64,000 bases of DNA from positions 14,756,001-14,820,000 of the forward strand of contig CM068756.1 of assembly GCA_035084275.1 (NCBI GenBank), read 5' to 3'. The stretch is from Hydrolagus colliei (taxonomy: Eukaryota). The translations under genes were made by a program, and so were the position numbers. This document shows, in pieces, positions 38,800 through 51,747 of this stretch. Every line of letters begins with the position of its first letter. Position 1 is the first letter of the stretch. The notes beneath the pieces are model-generated. The model saw only the letters and a list, made by a program, of their open reading frames with translations. It was not told where the DNA came from and ran no database searches.

Positions 38800-40330
38800 T
38801 CAGATCTATTCACAATAGAGTTGGGTGTCATCCGCACACATGTGACCATGTTTGTGGGTAATGTCACCAACAGGAATCATTAGATATTGAAAAGTAGGGG
38901 GCCAAGTAGAGTGCTGGAGGATGCCGCAGGTGACAGTGCCGGGCCTGGAGGAGAAGCCATTGCTTGGTGACAAAATGGATTCCATGCGACAGGTAAGAGT
39001 CGAACCAGGCAAGGGCAGGTCTATGAGGAACGAGGAGAGGTGGCGTAGGAGGATGGAGTGGTTGACAGTGTTGAAAGCAGCAGAGCTGTCAAGGAAGATA
39101 AGGAGGCAGAGAGATCCCTGATCACAGAGGTTTAAAATGCCATTGAAGACTTTGACCAGGGCTGTGTCCGTGTTATAGGCAACATGGACGCCAGATTGGA
39201 GGGATTTAATGAGTAATGGTGAGAAAGGAAGGAGCGAACCTGGGACCCAACAACTCATTTAGAGCCTTGGAGAGAAATGGGAGGTTGGAGATGGGCTGAG
39301 AGCAGAAGAATAGGGATGGGTCCAACAAAGGTTTTTTCAGGATCAGGTGGTTGACGGCTGTTTCTGGATGGGTGGGAATAGCACTAGTTGATAAGGAGAG
39401 GTTGATGATGTAGGTTACGAGGGGGAACTAGATGGTGGAGCTGGGAGATGTGGTGAGAGCTGGGGATGGGTTTGAGGGAACAGGTGGTGAGTTTCATTTT
39501 CAGGATGGCAGTAGAGAGGGTGAAGGGAGAGATTGGGTCAAAGCTGTATAGTGGTGGGTGGGGGTCGATCCTGATGGATCGGTAATGGGAGGATAGTGGT
39601 AGATGAGGTATAGCAACAACAACATCAAAATTAGATTTATTGCATGACTTTCAGGTCGGAAGGATGTCCCAAAGCGTTGAACAATCAGGTCGGAGAGTAG
39701 GAGAGGTGGAAGAGTTAGGATGGGAGCAGAAGGCACGGTCGACGAGGAAGGTCTTGAGACCGGCCTTGAAGGAGGAAAGAGAGGAAGTGAGGCAAAGGGT
39801 TTACGGGATGGAGTTCCACAGTGTGGGATCAGAGAGGCTGGAAGTCCAGCCACCGATGGTGGGGTGGTTAAGGCGGAGGACGCAGAGCAGGCCAGAGCCT
39901 GCTGAGTGGAGAGGAAGGGCGGGCTGATAGGAAGATAGCAGGTCGGAGAGATAGGCGGGGTCAAGGCCGTAAATGGCCTTGAAGGTGAGGGTGAGGATCT
40001 TCAAATTGATCCTCTGGTGGATGGGGAGCCAGTGGAGATGGGCGAGGGTGGGAGTGATGTGGTCACGGAGCCTGGTATGGGAAAGAACACGAGCTGCAGA
40101 GTTCTGAATGATCTACAGCCTATGAAAGGAGGAGCTAGGAAGGCTGACGAAGAGAGAGTTCCAGTAGTCGAGCCTTGAAGTGATAAAGGCGTGGGTGAGA
40201 GTTTCAGCGGCATGGGGGGTGAGGTAGTGGTGGAGTTTGGCAAAAATATTGCAAAGGTGGTGGAAGGCTGGTGGCTGAATGGATCCCCTCGATTTTAGAT
40301 TTGAGGATCCAGGATCTCCTCACAGTTGGA
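38800..40330 (-). mobile_element. Older L2 fragments (RT region and 3' end)
   Basis: LIFLDSSAAFNTVNHSILL, MCADDTQLY, PTIGGWTSSLSDPTLWNSIP. Confidence 0.8.
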
Positions 40331-40789
40331 ATTGGAGGAAAGGATGGGTGATACATGGGAAGATGGCTAGAGGAAATGATTAGTGTTGGAGAAGAGGAGA
40401 CTGGGGTTATCCTTCAACTCCAAGATTCACTTGCAGTAGAAGGAACACTTGGCAGGGGCAAGGGTGGAGCGGTAGGTCTATCCAGCGAGATCTACTGACG
40501 AAATGGTTAAATCCTTTAAATAAATGTAGTCTTATATCCACCTCATATTATTGGTCTAATAAGAGGATGTTTTCTATAGGGTTCAGATGGAGGGAACACT
40601 TTGGAGAAATTTTCCATTAACTATAATTAGTTGTGATTTAAAGAAATTATCCCACACAGTAAGAGACGCATTCATCGTTCAGTAAATTCATGGGAATCTT
40701 GACAGTTACGTTCAGATATAGTTTATTCTTCATCTTTGCTACTGATAAAACATATAATTCCAGTCACCCTTTAATCATAGAATTATACA

Positions 40790-41340
40790 ACAATAAAATA
40801 TTGCAGCATAGCAGTCAGCCCATCGTGCTTGTTCCAAAAGTTTCGCAATCAGTTCCACTCTCCCACACTTTCACCATATCTTTGCAATTTCAACTACCTA
40901 TCTGTTAAAAGTTGTTATTGAATATGCTTCCACCAACCTTTCATGAAGTGTTTAAGGACTGTCTCTGTGTAAAAAGAACTATCCTAATCTCCCTTCTGCT
41001 TCTTTTGCCAATTATCTTAAATCTATGATCCTAAGTTACCGAACCACAGCTAAGGGAAACGCTTAATCCCTACCTACTTTATCAAAATCCCTTATAATTT
41101 TGAGCACCTCTTGTCAATCACCTCTTAATCTTCTGTGCTTTTAGGAGAAGAATCCCATTTTCTCTAGTCTCTCCACATAACTGAAGTCCCATGGTACCAT
41201 CCGCTCAACACCCACTCCAAGGACTGGATATCCTTCCTGAATTGTGGTGCCTAGAATTAGGCAAAGTACTCAAGCTGAGGCCTAACCAATGACTTGCAAA
41301 GGTTTAGCAGAACTTTGTCACCTTTGCATTCTATGCCTCT
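40790..41340 (-). mobile_element. Old CR1 fragment directly upstream of the gene D promoter
   Basis: Homologous to CR1-type 3' sequence; orthologous piece at 53270-53580 upstream of gene E. Confidence 0.6.
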
Positions 41341-41359
41341 ATTTGTAAAGCCAGGCAAC

Positions 41360-41450
41360 TTATTTTGCAAATGTCACCCAATCCAGCAAACCAATCTTGT
41401 GAGCTGATGCATACAGGAAATCAAACGTCACTGCCACTTATCTCATTCAA
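41360..41450 (+). promoter_or_regulatory. Gene D putative promoter (TTGCAAAT, CCAAT, CAGGAAAT, AACGTCA, TTATCT)
   Basis: Motif block conserved with 53595-53690 upstream of gene E. Confidence 0.45.
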
Positions 41451-41513
41451 GCAACTGCAACCCCATTTTTACAGACTAGCAAGAGCTTCAGTTAGTCTTA
41501 ACAGAAAATCAGA

Positions 41514-41568
41514 ATGTTGACGCTTTTCATATTTCACCGTCTAACTTTAATAGGAATAATTTCCAAAG
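41514..41568 (+). CDS. Gene D exon 1, leader MLTLFIFHRLTLIGIISK-G
   Basis: ATG + 18 codons + G|GTTTGT. Confidence 0.8.
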
Positions 41569-41899
41569 GTTTGTGGTTGCGCAATTCAATTTGCTGATAA
41601 ATAACAAAGATGATGTCTGTTTGAAAAGCGAAAGGGGTTTCTTGCAGTGTGATTGCCAACAATCCAGCAATCCGTGGTTTTTTGGGGGACATTGCTGTAC
41701 GCAATTTCGCTGGCTCATCTGCCAACTAAATGTATAGTTAAACATTTTTGCAGTATACTCTGCAAAGCACTTGGAAAGGTGTTTGCAATATTCAAAATGC
41801 TATATCAAGGATGATTAATTGTGTCTGTATCATGCTCTGTCCATATATTTCTTCATTGAGTTTTCGGTTCTAATCTTTGTTTTACTTTATTTCTGATAG

Positions 41900-42220
41900 T
41901 AGCTGATGGTGCTTTTACCAAAGTGACCCAGTACCCCGAACACAAGGCTGTAAGCAGAGGTGCTGATGTCAAGTTCTACTGTGCCTTCCCTCTCCCTGAT
42001 CACAACTCATATGTTAGAGTCCACTGGTGGAAGCAAGGCGAGCGTCAATACATACACACGAGACCCAATAACAGGATAAATATTGGTTTTGACAGTAAAT
42101 CATGTGGCCTATTGCAACTCCATCATGCCACTGTCCAGGACTCCGGAGTCTATCACTGTACAGTAGTTATTCGGGGGGAAATGGCAAGAAATGGAACTGG
42201 ATCACAGTTAACTGTATACG
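41900..42220 (+). CDS. Gene D exon 2, Ig V-set domain (DSGVYHC, GTGSQLTV)
   Basis: 321 nt; 4 nt different from gene C V exon. Confidence 0.92.
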
Positions 42221-42611
42221 GTAAGTGAGAATACAAGTTGCTTATAGTGCAAAAATCTCAAAACTCTTCAGCGTGTTTATAATGACTTGTAGTGAATATT
42301 TTATGGATACAAACTTGGTAGTCATGTGCACAGAACCAGCCATTAAGTAAATAAATGTATATCTTGGAGGCTATTAGGACACCAGTACACACTCCCTTTT
42401 CTTTACAGTAATCTCTCTACATTTACTATATTTGTGTCTACTGAAAAGACATACACATTTCCAGTTAACATTTCATCCCAAAACAGCACCTTCAATAATA
42501 TAGTCAAAAATATAAAATAGAAATAAGACACAATTATGGTAACATGAAAAACTGAGTAAAGTTTAATCCAGCAACTGAATCCATGTAAATAGACTGTTAT
42601 TTCTTCTACAG

Positions 42612-42929
42612 TTCCTCCAGATCCACTGAAGATAGAGCACACAGCTCCTCAAAAAAATACAGCTACATCGCTGACCCTTGTGTGCAAAACAGCTGCATTT
42701 TATCCGGAGAATCTGACCCTCACTTGGCATAAAAATGGGACTGAAATTCCAACCGGGATAATTACCACTAAACAACAGAATACAGATGGACTTTATGAAG
42801 TTTCCAGCTCTTTGGAGGAGATACAGCCTGTCGTGAGTGGGCTTGTTTATACCTGTCGGGTTTCCCATCTTAATAACCAGACAGCAGAAATTGCCTATAC
42901 TGTTCCTCCTCGAGATACACAAAGTGAAG
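42612..42929 (+). CDS. Gene D exon 3, Ig C1-set domain
   Basis: 318 nt; predicted GC donor AG|GCAAGT. Confidence 0.88.
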
Positions 42930-44021
42930 GCAAGTGGATTTGTGTTAACTATTTTTACTGGAATGTTTGCTTCTTTTATTCTGCATTTTAAAATATAGCT
43001 ATACAATTTACATCACATAAATTACCTGTAATAACAATTAATAATCCTAGATTTGATATAAGACTTTCACGTTCGGAAGACATCTCAACAAGCTTCACAG
43101 GTTACACTGAATTGTATGGCAACGTGACAACTAATTTCCACTCACCAATGTTCCATAAATAGTCATGAAGTGAACGACCAAGATAATTTGGGGGATTATT
43201 AACCAGAGCACCAGAGCAGCTTCTCTTTTCGAATCAAGCCATAGAAAGTCAATTAGTCAACAGTTTTAAAGGAATATAATGTTTGCTTCATTTCAACTCC
43301 CCATAATAATAAATAATAATACTTATATTTGATATACATGGGTTTCAAGTTGGGAAGATATCTCACAGCACAACACATGACATACTGTAAAGTGTAATGA
43401 TTGTATTTCGTAAGTAAATGCAGCGGAGAACAATGTCCCACAAACAACAATAAATAAATGACAAATTATAGATGGGGGGTTCTTGGTCAAATTACAAGAG
43501 AATTATCGTCTATTTTAAAATTGTGTCACCGTAGCTAACATCCACTTGGAAAATATGAGCTCGAATTAACATCCATCCAAAGGACGGTACCTATAAATAT
43601 TAAATATTAAATTTTTAATAACGAATATGTTAACTGCAGAGAATGTAAAACAATATAATTCAACTTCTAATGAATGTGAGCAGGTTTTGTTTATTTCCAT
43701 CACACACTATTTTCATGAGTTAATATTATGCATCATGTATACTTTCTCTGAATACATTAAATATAGTTATTTGAAAATTTCCATCAAAATACCTGCTCCA
43801 AAGATGATTGCAATTGTGTTTAGTTTGGATCTGAGTGTTTCCCCTGAAACCAGAGCTGAGTTCGGGAACTGAGCCTGTGGGCTACATACGGTGGCAGGTT
43901 TCATGTTACATGCACGGTTTATGGAATACTAACAATACAATTATCTGGGTATTTGTTCATCCCTCTCCCTTACACCTTAGTAACAATAATGAATAATTCT
44001 CATGTTTCATCTTTTTTATAG

Positions 44022-44111
44022 GGAGCGCATTGACAACTTCACAGATTGCTGGTTTTGTTGTAGGTGGACTTGCACTTTTGGTGTTTATTATAATCATTGG
44101 GCAAATGAAAG
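44022..44111 (+). CDS. Gene D exon 4, uncharged TM (QIAGFVVGGLALLVFIIIIG-QMK)
   Basis: AG/GTAAGA, phase 1; paralog at 56622-56711. Confidence 0.85.
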
Positions 44112-44284
44112 GTAAGAGTTTGTTTCTTTTTGTTCCAGTTAGTTGTAAAAGCTAAATTGTAATCAATTTCTGGGTGAGAGTCAACTTTCTACAGTTTTCT
44201 ACCGAAGCCCTACTGATTGGTCCACTCTAGCACCTCCGCAACTCAGTCACTGGCAGCAACAGCATCTATAGATGCACATTTTTG

Positions 44285-44430
44285 AAAAATAGAGGGATTA
44301 GGGGATATGGGGATAGGGCAGGTAATCAAAGTTAGGAGAAGATCAGCCATGATCTTGTTGAATGGCGGAGCAGGCTCGAAAGGCCGAATGGCCTACTACT
44401 GCTCCTAATTCTTATGTTCTTATGTTCTTA
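44285..44430 (+). mobile_element. CR1 3' end fragment
   Basis: GGCCGAATGGCCTACT... + (TTATGTTC)n tail. Confidence 0.7.
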
Positions 44431-44858
44431 TTTCACGTCACCAATCCAGTCAGGAACCTGGGCAACTTGTTTCATCCTGAACTGTGCTTTCTCCCCCTAA
44501 ATTTGTGCTATGACCTGCACTGCCTTCCACCACCTCCACAACATTGTCCATCTCTGTCACTGCCTCAATCCTCAGGCAGCTGAAACCAACTTGTTTCACC
44601 ATGAGGCGTGATATTTTTAAACCATTCTTGCAATATGTAAATTTAAATATCAGATCTTTTTTTAAATCGAGAAGGTCAGGCAAAGCACCAAGACTCATAC
44701 CTCGTTAATAGGAGCAACAGAAAGGGAGCCAGATAGATTGGGTTGGTTTCAAATGTTTATACATTTAAATATGAAAGGTGTTGCGTTACTTCTACCAAAA
44801 CAAATTTAGAAATAGGAGAATAGTAAATAATTTAGTCAATAAGGTTTTTTCTTTTTAG

Positions 44859-44902
44859 GGTTACACAGGAAGCATAATTTATCGGACCATCGTGGCAAGC
44901 AG
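44859..44902 (+). CDS. Gene D exon 5, 44-nt cytoplasmic exon (GLHRKHNLSDHRGKQ)
   Basis: AG/GTAATT; paralogs in A and E. Confidence 0.82.
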
Positions 44903-44952
44903 GTAATTAAAAGAGTTATCCAGTTTGCTGCTTCATGTCTGAAATGTGGTTA

Positions 44953-45275
44953 GTGGAGCTCCTGTAGCTCAGTGGTTAGAGCACTCGCCTTACAAGTGTG
45001 AGATCTGTGTTCGAATCCAGGCAGGTCAAGGTGAAACCTTTTGCAAGTTTCCTTACTCCACACACCTAAAAATAATCCGTCCAAAAATCACACAATAATA
45101 AAATTGGTCATTTCAATCCATGACTGTTTGTGGGACACTGCTGTGCACAATTGGCTGCTGCGTTTTGCCCACAAATATACAGTCAATTCACTTTAAAGTA
45201 CTGTATATTCTGTCAAGCGCTTTGAGACGTCGATAAGATGTGAAAAGCGCTATAATCAAATGCAAGGATTATTAT
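44953..45275 (+). mobile_element. tRNA-headed Deu-type SINE, full length
   Basis: A-box TAGCTCAGTGG, B-box GTTCGAATCC, core CTGCTGTGCACAATTGGCTGC, L2-like tail GCGCTTTGAGACG...GTGAAAAGCGCTATA + (TTA)n. Confidence 0.88.
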
Positions 45276-45560
45276 AATTTTTAGTAGCAAAATTTAACTT
45301 TACAATATCTCTTTTGAAGCACTTTGGGACATCTAAACCACATGATAAAGTGGGGGTTATCATTATATTTTAATGTATTTCTTACAAGTCAGTATGGTTT
45401 CACTGGGCAATTCAAACTGGGTTCACACTGACACAAGGTAAAACTGCAAGGGACCAACCATATGCATATAATATCACAGCTAAAGACAACTCGAAGGTTT
45501 CTAGAGAAAGATTCCTAAATAATTGCATGACAATTAAATGTTGCATATTGCGATTTACAG

Positions 45561-45737
45561 GGGGTGCAGGTATCAGAGGCTGAGACGGTGGCTTATGCCA
45601 CATTGGATTTGAAAATTTTTAAGAAACGTTCAAGACCCAAGCATCAAGAGGAGAGAACAGTGTATGCACAGGTAGAGCTGAAAATCACAAACTCCAGTTA
45701 TAAATCAGTTATCCAATGTCAATTATTACCAAAGTAA
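45561..45737 (+). CDS. Gene D cassette exon 'a' with ITIM VAYATL and ITSM TVYAQV (read-through stop)
   Basis: TTACAG acceptor, phase 0; internal donor CAG|GTAGAG at 45671/45672; stop TAA 45735-45737. Confidence 0.85.
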   Translation, partial: GVQVSEAETVAYATLDLKIFKKRSRPKHQEERTVYAQVELKITNSSYKSVIQCQLLPK

Positions 45738-45769
45738 ATAGTTTAAATTGCTTTAGTTGATACAACAAC

Positions 45770-46190
45770 AAACTTACACTTGTATTGCACCGTTCACATC
45801 AGGAAGATGTCCCAGGGCACTGGACAGTCATTGTTTCAGACCCGAGCTGGGATTGCGGATGGGGAGAGTAGAGGAAAAAGCGGGGATTTGGGATGATCGT
45901 CGAAGTGAAGGGTTTTGAGGAGGAACTTGAAGAAGGCCAGGAAGAGGCAGAGCGACAGCAGGATGGAATTCCAAAGTTTGGAGACAGAGTGGCTGAAAGC
46001 TCTCTCACTAAAAAGAGAGAGTTGTGGGGCGGGTGGGTCGGGGGACATGGAGCAGGCCGGAGTCTGCTGAGCAGAGGGTGTGACCGGGGTTAGTAGGGGT
46101 TTAGGGGATCGCAGATGTAGGGTGGGGCAAGGCCATGGCGGGCTTTGAATGTGAGGACCCAAACCTTGAATTGGATTCTCTGGGTGATGT
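45770..46190 (-). mobile_element. Old L2 3' fragment
   Basis: ERAFSHSVSKLWNSI; L2-type tail. Confidence 0.7.
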
Positions 46191-46907
46191 GGAAATATGT
46201 TTAAATTTTTTTATGCATTGCTGCATGAAAGAGTTGAGTTTCCCTCCTCCAATCTTTGAGCACCTTATCAGGCGCTGAACAGACTTCACATACGGTTACA
46301 CAGATCGTCCATTACAGAATTTAGCCACATCCATGTATGATCCTGGTGCTCTGACAGTGAACAGACTATAAACACAAACTAAACTAGAATAGCCCATATC
46401 ATCTATAGATCCATAAATATTGCTTCTTTAGTTTGGGCCAATGCATTCGTCAGCATTGCAAATCATTTTGAGTTTTTCTCTTGATGTGAATGCTGCTATT
46501 TCAAAGAGAATTGTATTGTTTTTGTTGTGGAAACATCCTGAATTTAAATTCTGCTCTCTCGTCATCAATCCAAGCTATAGATTATAATAAGTATTTTGTA
46601 GACCAGATTCTGGAGTCCAGACAGACTATAAAACCAAATAGATTGGAAAATCCAGTATTATCTAAAAATCTATATATATTACTCCTTCAGTTTGGGCCAT
46701 CACCTTCGTCAGCATTGTCAAGCGTTTTAAGTCAATCTCTTGGTGTGATTGCTGCTATGTCAAAGAGAATTGTACAGTTTTTGTGGCAGAAGGATGCTGA
46801 GTTCAACAGGAGTTCTCTCCGCATGAATCGAAGATGGAGATTATAGCAAGTATTGTGTAAGTTGTTCTTAATCTTCCCATCAAGAGTGAACAAAATTGAC
46901 TTTACAG

Positions 46908-47124
46908 ACCAAGCAAGGTCTGTAAAGTCAATTGTACCCCAAACAAGCTGACGTACGCTACTCTGGAGTTTTCGGGATCCAAGAAAACAGGAAAATGTAA
47001 ACGTATTGAGAAGGATACCCAGTATGCTGAAATACAGTTGAGAAACTACAGAGAGGTAGGGGCGATATCACCAGACACATACAGTCACAATAATCAAAGT
47101 CACTTGTTAGTGTGGCCTTCATGG
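46908..47124 (+). pseudogene. Gene D cassette exon 'b' (LTYATL / TQYAEI), disrupted at its 5' end
   Basis: Near-identical to 59146-59352 but reads TKQGL* from the acceptor because 7 nt are replaced by 17 nt. Confidence 0.75.
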
Positions 47125-48174
47125 AGACTGGTTTCACATGTTTGCCTGGCTGCCTGCATTACTCTACCTATGTACTATAATTAGTTTCAGCCTGGCTCAG
47201 TTGGTAGATCTCTCAGCTCGGGTTGGGGTCTGAGATTTATCCCATTTTCCTTGTTTGGATGCAGAGCAATGTGCATTTTCACTAGTCTATGCATTCAGAA
47301 GTTATCTAATAGCCTCTTTAATTTTCTGTGATTATTTCAAATATGCATCCACTGCCTAATCACTGGCCACCACTGGGGGGTAAAAAGTATTAGTGTCACT
47401 TCATTATTTTAGTGTCCATTCAACAAAATACTTTAAATTGAAAAGTAACTCTGTACTTAACTTAATACTGTATTTGGTTAACACGCAGCATTTGATGTGA
47501 ACATGTTTATCTCTTACCTGATAACATAATTGTGCCTAAACATTTTTTCACAACAATTAAAATCACCTGAATAAAACTAGCAATACTTTATAAATGGTAG
47601 ACGACAGAAACGGATGTCCTACTTATCTTCCATATATTATTTACAGATCAATCAGTGGACATCCGGTAACAAGTGAATTTGCCTTGCTCTAAGAAAATAG
47701 GAAAGCCTTATTGACGAGAATAATGTACAGGTGAGGAACAGCAATGCAGCAGAAGCAAACAAAGGGCACCAAACACCCATGATGTTACAATTATATGTTC
47801 ACATTGTGATTGTTCAAGCAAAATAGTTCTTGTTCCCTACTAATGGAGAAATGACTTTCGTCGCCCTTGTTGCTAATCCATCAGCACCTCTCATGTAGTT
47901 ACATCTTTTATGTTTTAAATTATTTTAATTTGTTTCTTGCAGGGGCAAAATGCATCCTAGTTATATCTATCACTGTGCAAATATTAACCCAAGATCTTTT
48001 AAACTTAACAAGCACATGATTTAATTACTCATAATTATTATAATTATAAAAAATCTCTTTATATTTGTTGGAGATAATCCTGTATCATATTTGTCAACTT
48101 TTTTTAATTAAAGAACAATTATGAAGGTTGCTTTTTTTCCTTTAATAACAGTACCCTGTCATTCTTCACAAATT

Positions 48175-48470
48175 AGTATGGGTTAACTTCAAAGTTAATT
48201 AACAAAATATAGCGCAACCCTTCTTCTGCAGTGAAAATGTTCAAGTGTGGGTATTCTGTTGTACGTTTATCTGCTAAAGTGTACCAGACAGGAAATGACT
48301 GAGATTCCGCTTGTGTTGTTTTTGCGGCTTATGAAAGTAATAATAAATAATTCCATTACAAGCTCTCGCTGTCACACACCAAATATAGAGTGTGGTTTAT
48401 TGTTCTCGTAGTTCATGCAATAATTGTTGCTCAGCTTTGATCAGTGGCTGTACTCTTAATAGAACAATAG
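48175..48470 (+). pseudogene. Decayed V-set exon remnant (possible V of pseudogene F)
   Basis: YSATLLLQ*KCSSVGILLYVYLLK; homologous to the 60.4 kb block. Confidence 0.4.
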
Positions 48471-48959
48471 GCACCCACTCACAGTTCCTGTGTGAGCTCT
48501 CTCTGAATATCCTTTATTGATTAACTTTACTCTAGTTTACTTTACTGTAACTCTCATTCCCTACAGTAAAGTCTGGACTGTGCATTGGATTCGAAGCAAA
48601 CTCATAGCTCTCCTGCTAAATTGTCTACACTATTCTGTCCCATAAATGATCTTTGGACACGGTTTTCTAAATGCATCATCTGGAGATTTTTAAATTTCAA
48701 TGCAATTTATATGCATATGGTGCCTTCCACATCACAAATAGTTTGATAAAAGTTGATGAAATGACTTGCTATAAAAGCCACACTGATATGTGAACTCAGG
48801 GTTGGGATTCCAGTGGGTGAGGACAGAATGACAACCTAAATAGGTTCTACAACAAGAACAATTTTCACTTATATGCACTTCTAAGTCATTCACTTATAAG
48901 CTCTTCTAAGGCACTTAACAGGGGAGAGGGTTTGGGAGGCGGGGGGCGGGGGGGCGTGT

Positions 48960-49720
48960 AGTGGCTTAAAGTGTGACCACCAATGGTGGAGCAGAGGGCA
49001 CAAGGAACAAGCGGGAGGCCAGTGTGGTGGTGCAGGGGGTGAATTGGGGTGTGAGGAAGTTGGAGAGATAGGGAGATCCCTAGCAGTTAAGTGATTTGAA
49101 CATAAGTGTGAAGGTCTTGAATTCGATTTGTTCAGTGGTGGAGAACCTGACCAGAACTTGTAAGATGGGGAAACAGAGTTTAATCTGGGTAAAGTACGTG
49201 GTCAGCGGAGTTCTGAATGAGCTGGATTTGGGGGAAAAGAGAAGCTGGGGTGACCAGCGTGGAATATCTTTGTATAATCCATGCGGAGGTGACAAACACA
49301 TGCACGAAGGTTTTGGTTTCATTTGGGGGTCAGGTATAGTCAAAGGTAGGCAATATGTGGTGGTGGAAGAAGGCAATCCTGGACACAGAACAGAAGTGGT
49401 GGAGGAAAGACAGTGGGGAGTCGAACCAGATGCCTATATTGCGCACTAGTTCAGTGAGGCTGAGGGAGAGCGCAGGGAGGTTGAGAAGTTCAGATCTGCA
49501 GGAGTGGAGACATTGACAGCAGCCAACGAGTATGGATTATGTACTGTCCACATTCAGCAGCAGGAAGTTTGCACTCATCCATGTCCCATTGTCTGCCAGA
49601 AACGCTGATAGCACATCGGAGTCCATACTAGAGAAGGCAAAGGTTTGTTTGTCATCCCAATACATGTGGAAGTTTACCTTGTGTCAGCATTATCAAGAGG
49701 GAGCATCTATACGAGGATTG
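48960..49720 (-). mobile_element. Old L2 fragment
   Basis: EQIEFKTFTLMFKSL; decayed YADD region near 49660. Confidence 0.7.
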
Positions 49721-51443
49721 ATATAACTGCGTTTTTAAACATGTAAAATAAATACCAGTTGTTTTGCTGATTACAGTGCAATCTCCTGACTTATTAACTG
49801 TTGAAATACTAATAGTTATAGTTTCCAATGCGTCAATAAAGCATGGAAGTGTGCGTCTCAGAAAATGAGAACATAAGAATATAAAACAGAAAATAAATAA
49901 GCTCTGCCCTCTGGTGTGGGAAGCCAAAACGACTAATCGGATATTCAGTTATTAGAGACCTTTTTTCTCTGCAATTAACGTTATCCCAGCGCCTTGGGAT
50001 GTGCTCTCGACATGAAAGGCACTCTATCAATGCAATTTTGTTGTTGTTGTTATCAATCTAATACTTCACAGCTCAACAGTCTTCACAGACAGAGTTCTGT
50101 AAGATTATTGGAGATATTGAGCCACTTGTATGACAACAACAATAACAAAATAAAATTTGTATAGCATGCGAGGATGTTGCAAGCCATAACACCTTGTATA
50201 AAAAGATCCTGCTGATATAGAACAGTTGAAAATATGCTGACATGCTCATTTCTAGGAAGGATGGTTATAAGACAGTTGCAATGGCTGAAGTGGAGAGTAG
50301 AGTTAATAAAAGAGTGAACGGCGATTGTTTACAAAGAAGACAGAATAGAATAAACAATCATCATTTAGATTATTGAAATCCACTGTTGAAATATGTTGTA
50401 TAATGATCATATTGGTTGATACAGTGCCAAACACAAAAACAGTTCAAATGCAATTACTGTCAACTACATTGCGCAGTTGTAGCAAAAATCCCAAGTCATA
50501 TTTTGCACAGTAGGATATCACAAGCATTCAATAAGTTAAGAAGATCAACATATTGGGAAAAAATCTTGTTTTAAACGTAGTCATAGGTGCACCAGAACAG
50601 ATGTTGGTTTACTGTTTCAGCTGCAAAATATGAACTGAAGTCCAAACATTGCATTTGAACAATGCTTCAAACTATAAAACTAAAAAATACAGCAAGCGGA
50701 TTCTTGCCCTGCCATATAGAATATGAATTTGGTAAGCCCTTAATGTTTGATGTTTAATCGAGTTAGATTTCTTGTTGTCTACCATTGAATTGACACTTTT
50801 AATATTGAATTGAAAAAAAAACACTTAAGATTAAAAGAACTGTTGACATTGTTAAAATGATTGACACACTGTCATGGTTTGCAGCGCCAACCTGTGGTAT
50901 TTTGAGGAAAACGAAGCGTTTGTGGTAAAGGTGGGTTCAAACTCCACATTATTTCCTTCAACCGTCAGCTGGTCAATAGCATTAAATATAATCCTCTTGT
51001 CCGTCATTACATCATAAACTGTCAACCACATGTCAGGCTTCACAGCTTCATCAAGGCTTCACGTGTGAGCCTTGAGTGCTGCAAATTATGTAATTCTAGC
51101 AACGTAAATTCACACAACACCTGGGCAGCGTCCCTGCCATAAACCAGCTATCAGGCCTAGAACTCCATTTTGTACTGTGGAGGCCTTTTTTGCAATGGAA
51201 AAAGAGTTTGAAATTCCAATGGGTGTTTCACTATATTTTTCAGAATTTTTTTATAAGGAGTGAAAAATTCATTTTCCAATCCTTGTTATACAGATAAACA
51301 TGGGAAGCCTCTAACTCTGTAGTTACACAGTGTTGCAGAGAAATTAATTTGATATCTATTAGAATTATATTATGTGAAATATACAAACTATGTTAATGCC
51401 CTGAACTGAGTGATTTGATTCTGGTCCATTATCCATCGTACAG

Positions 51444-51747
51444 CCATCTCCACTCAACATTTTCTCTAGGGTTCCTGCAAGATTCTCATCTGTCCTTTTG
51501 GCTCTTGTCAGTGAAACTAACATGTTTTACCCAGAGAATTTCAATCTCTCAGGGTGTAAAAACAACATTGAGATATAATCTGGAACAAATATCACTAAGC
51601 AGCAGAATGCAGAGGGACTGTATGAAGCCTTCACCTCTGTAACAGAGAAACAGACTGTCCAGACCGAGACTGTCAAGTACCGGTATCTCACCCCAGCCTC
51701 CAGACCCCAGAAATGACCAACTATAGGGTTAACTTGTTTGATCATGG
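51444..51747 (+). pseudogene. Pseudogene F, C1 exon (frameshift, stop, first Cys and Trp lost)
   Basis: LVSETNMFYPENFNLSG...EI*SGTNITKQQNAEGLYEA, clearly homologous to the A/B C1 exon. Confidence 0.85.

Noticed and set aside
44953-45030. tRNA gene
   Set aside because: A and B boxes are present, but they are the head of a multi-copy SINE continuing into a Deu-like core and LINE tail
48180-48300. Minus-strand reading with TEYPHL and LRYILL Tyr motifs
   Set aside because: The Tyr residues are absent and a stop is present in the 60.5 and 22.6 kb paralogs; no minus-strand gene context
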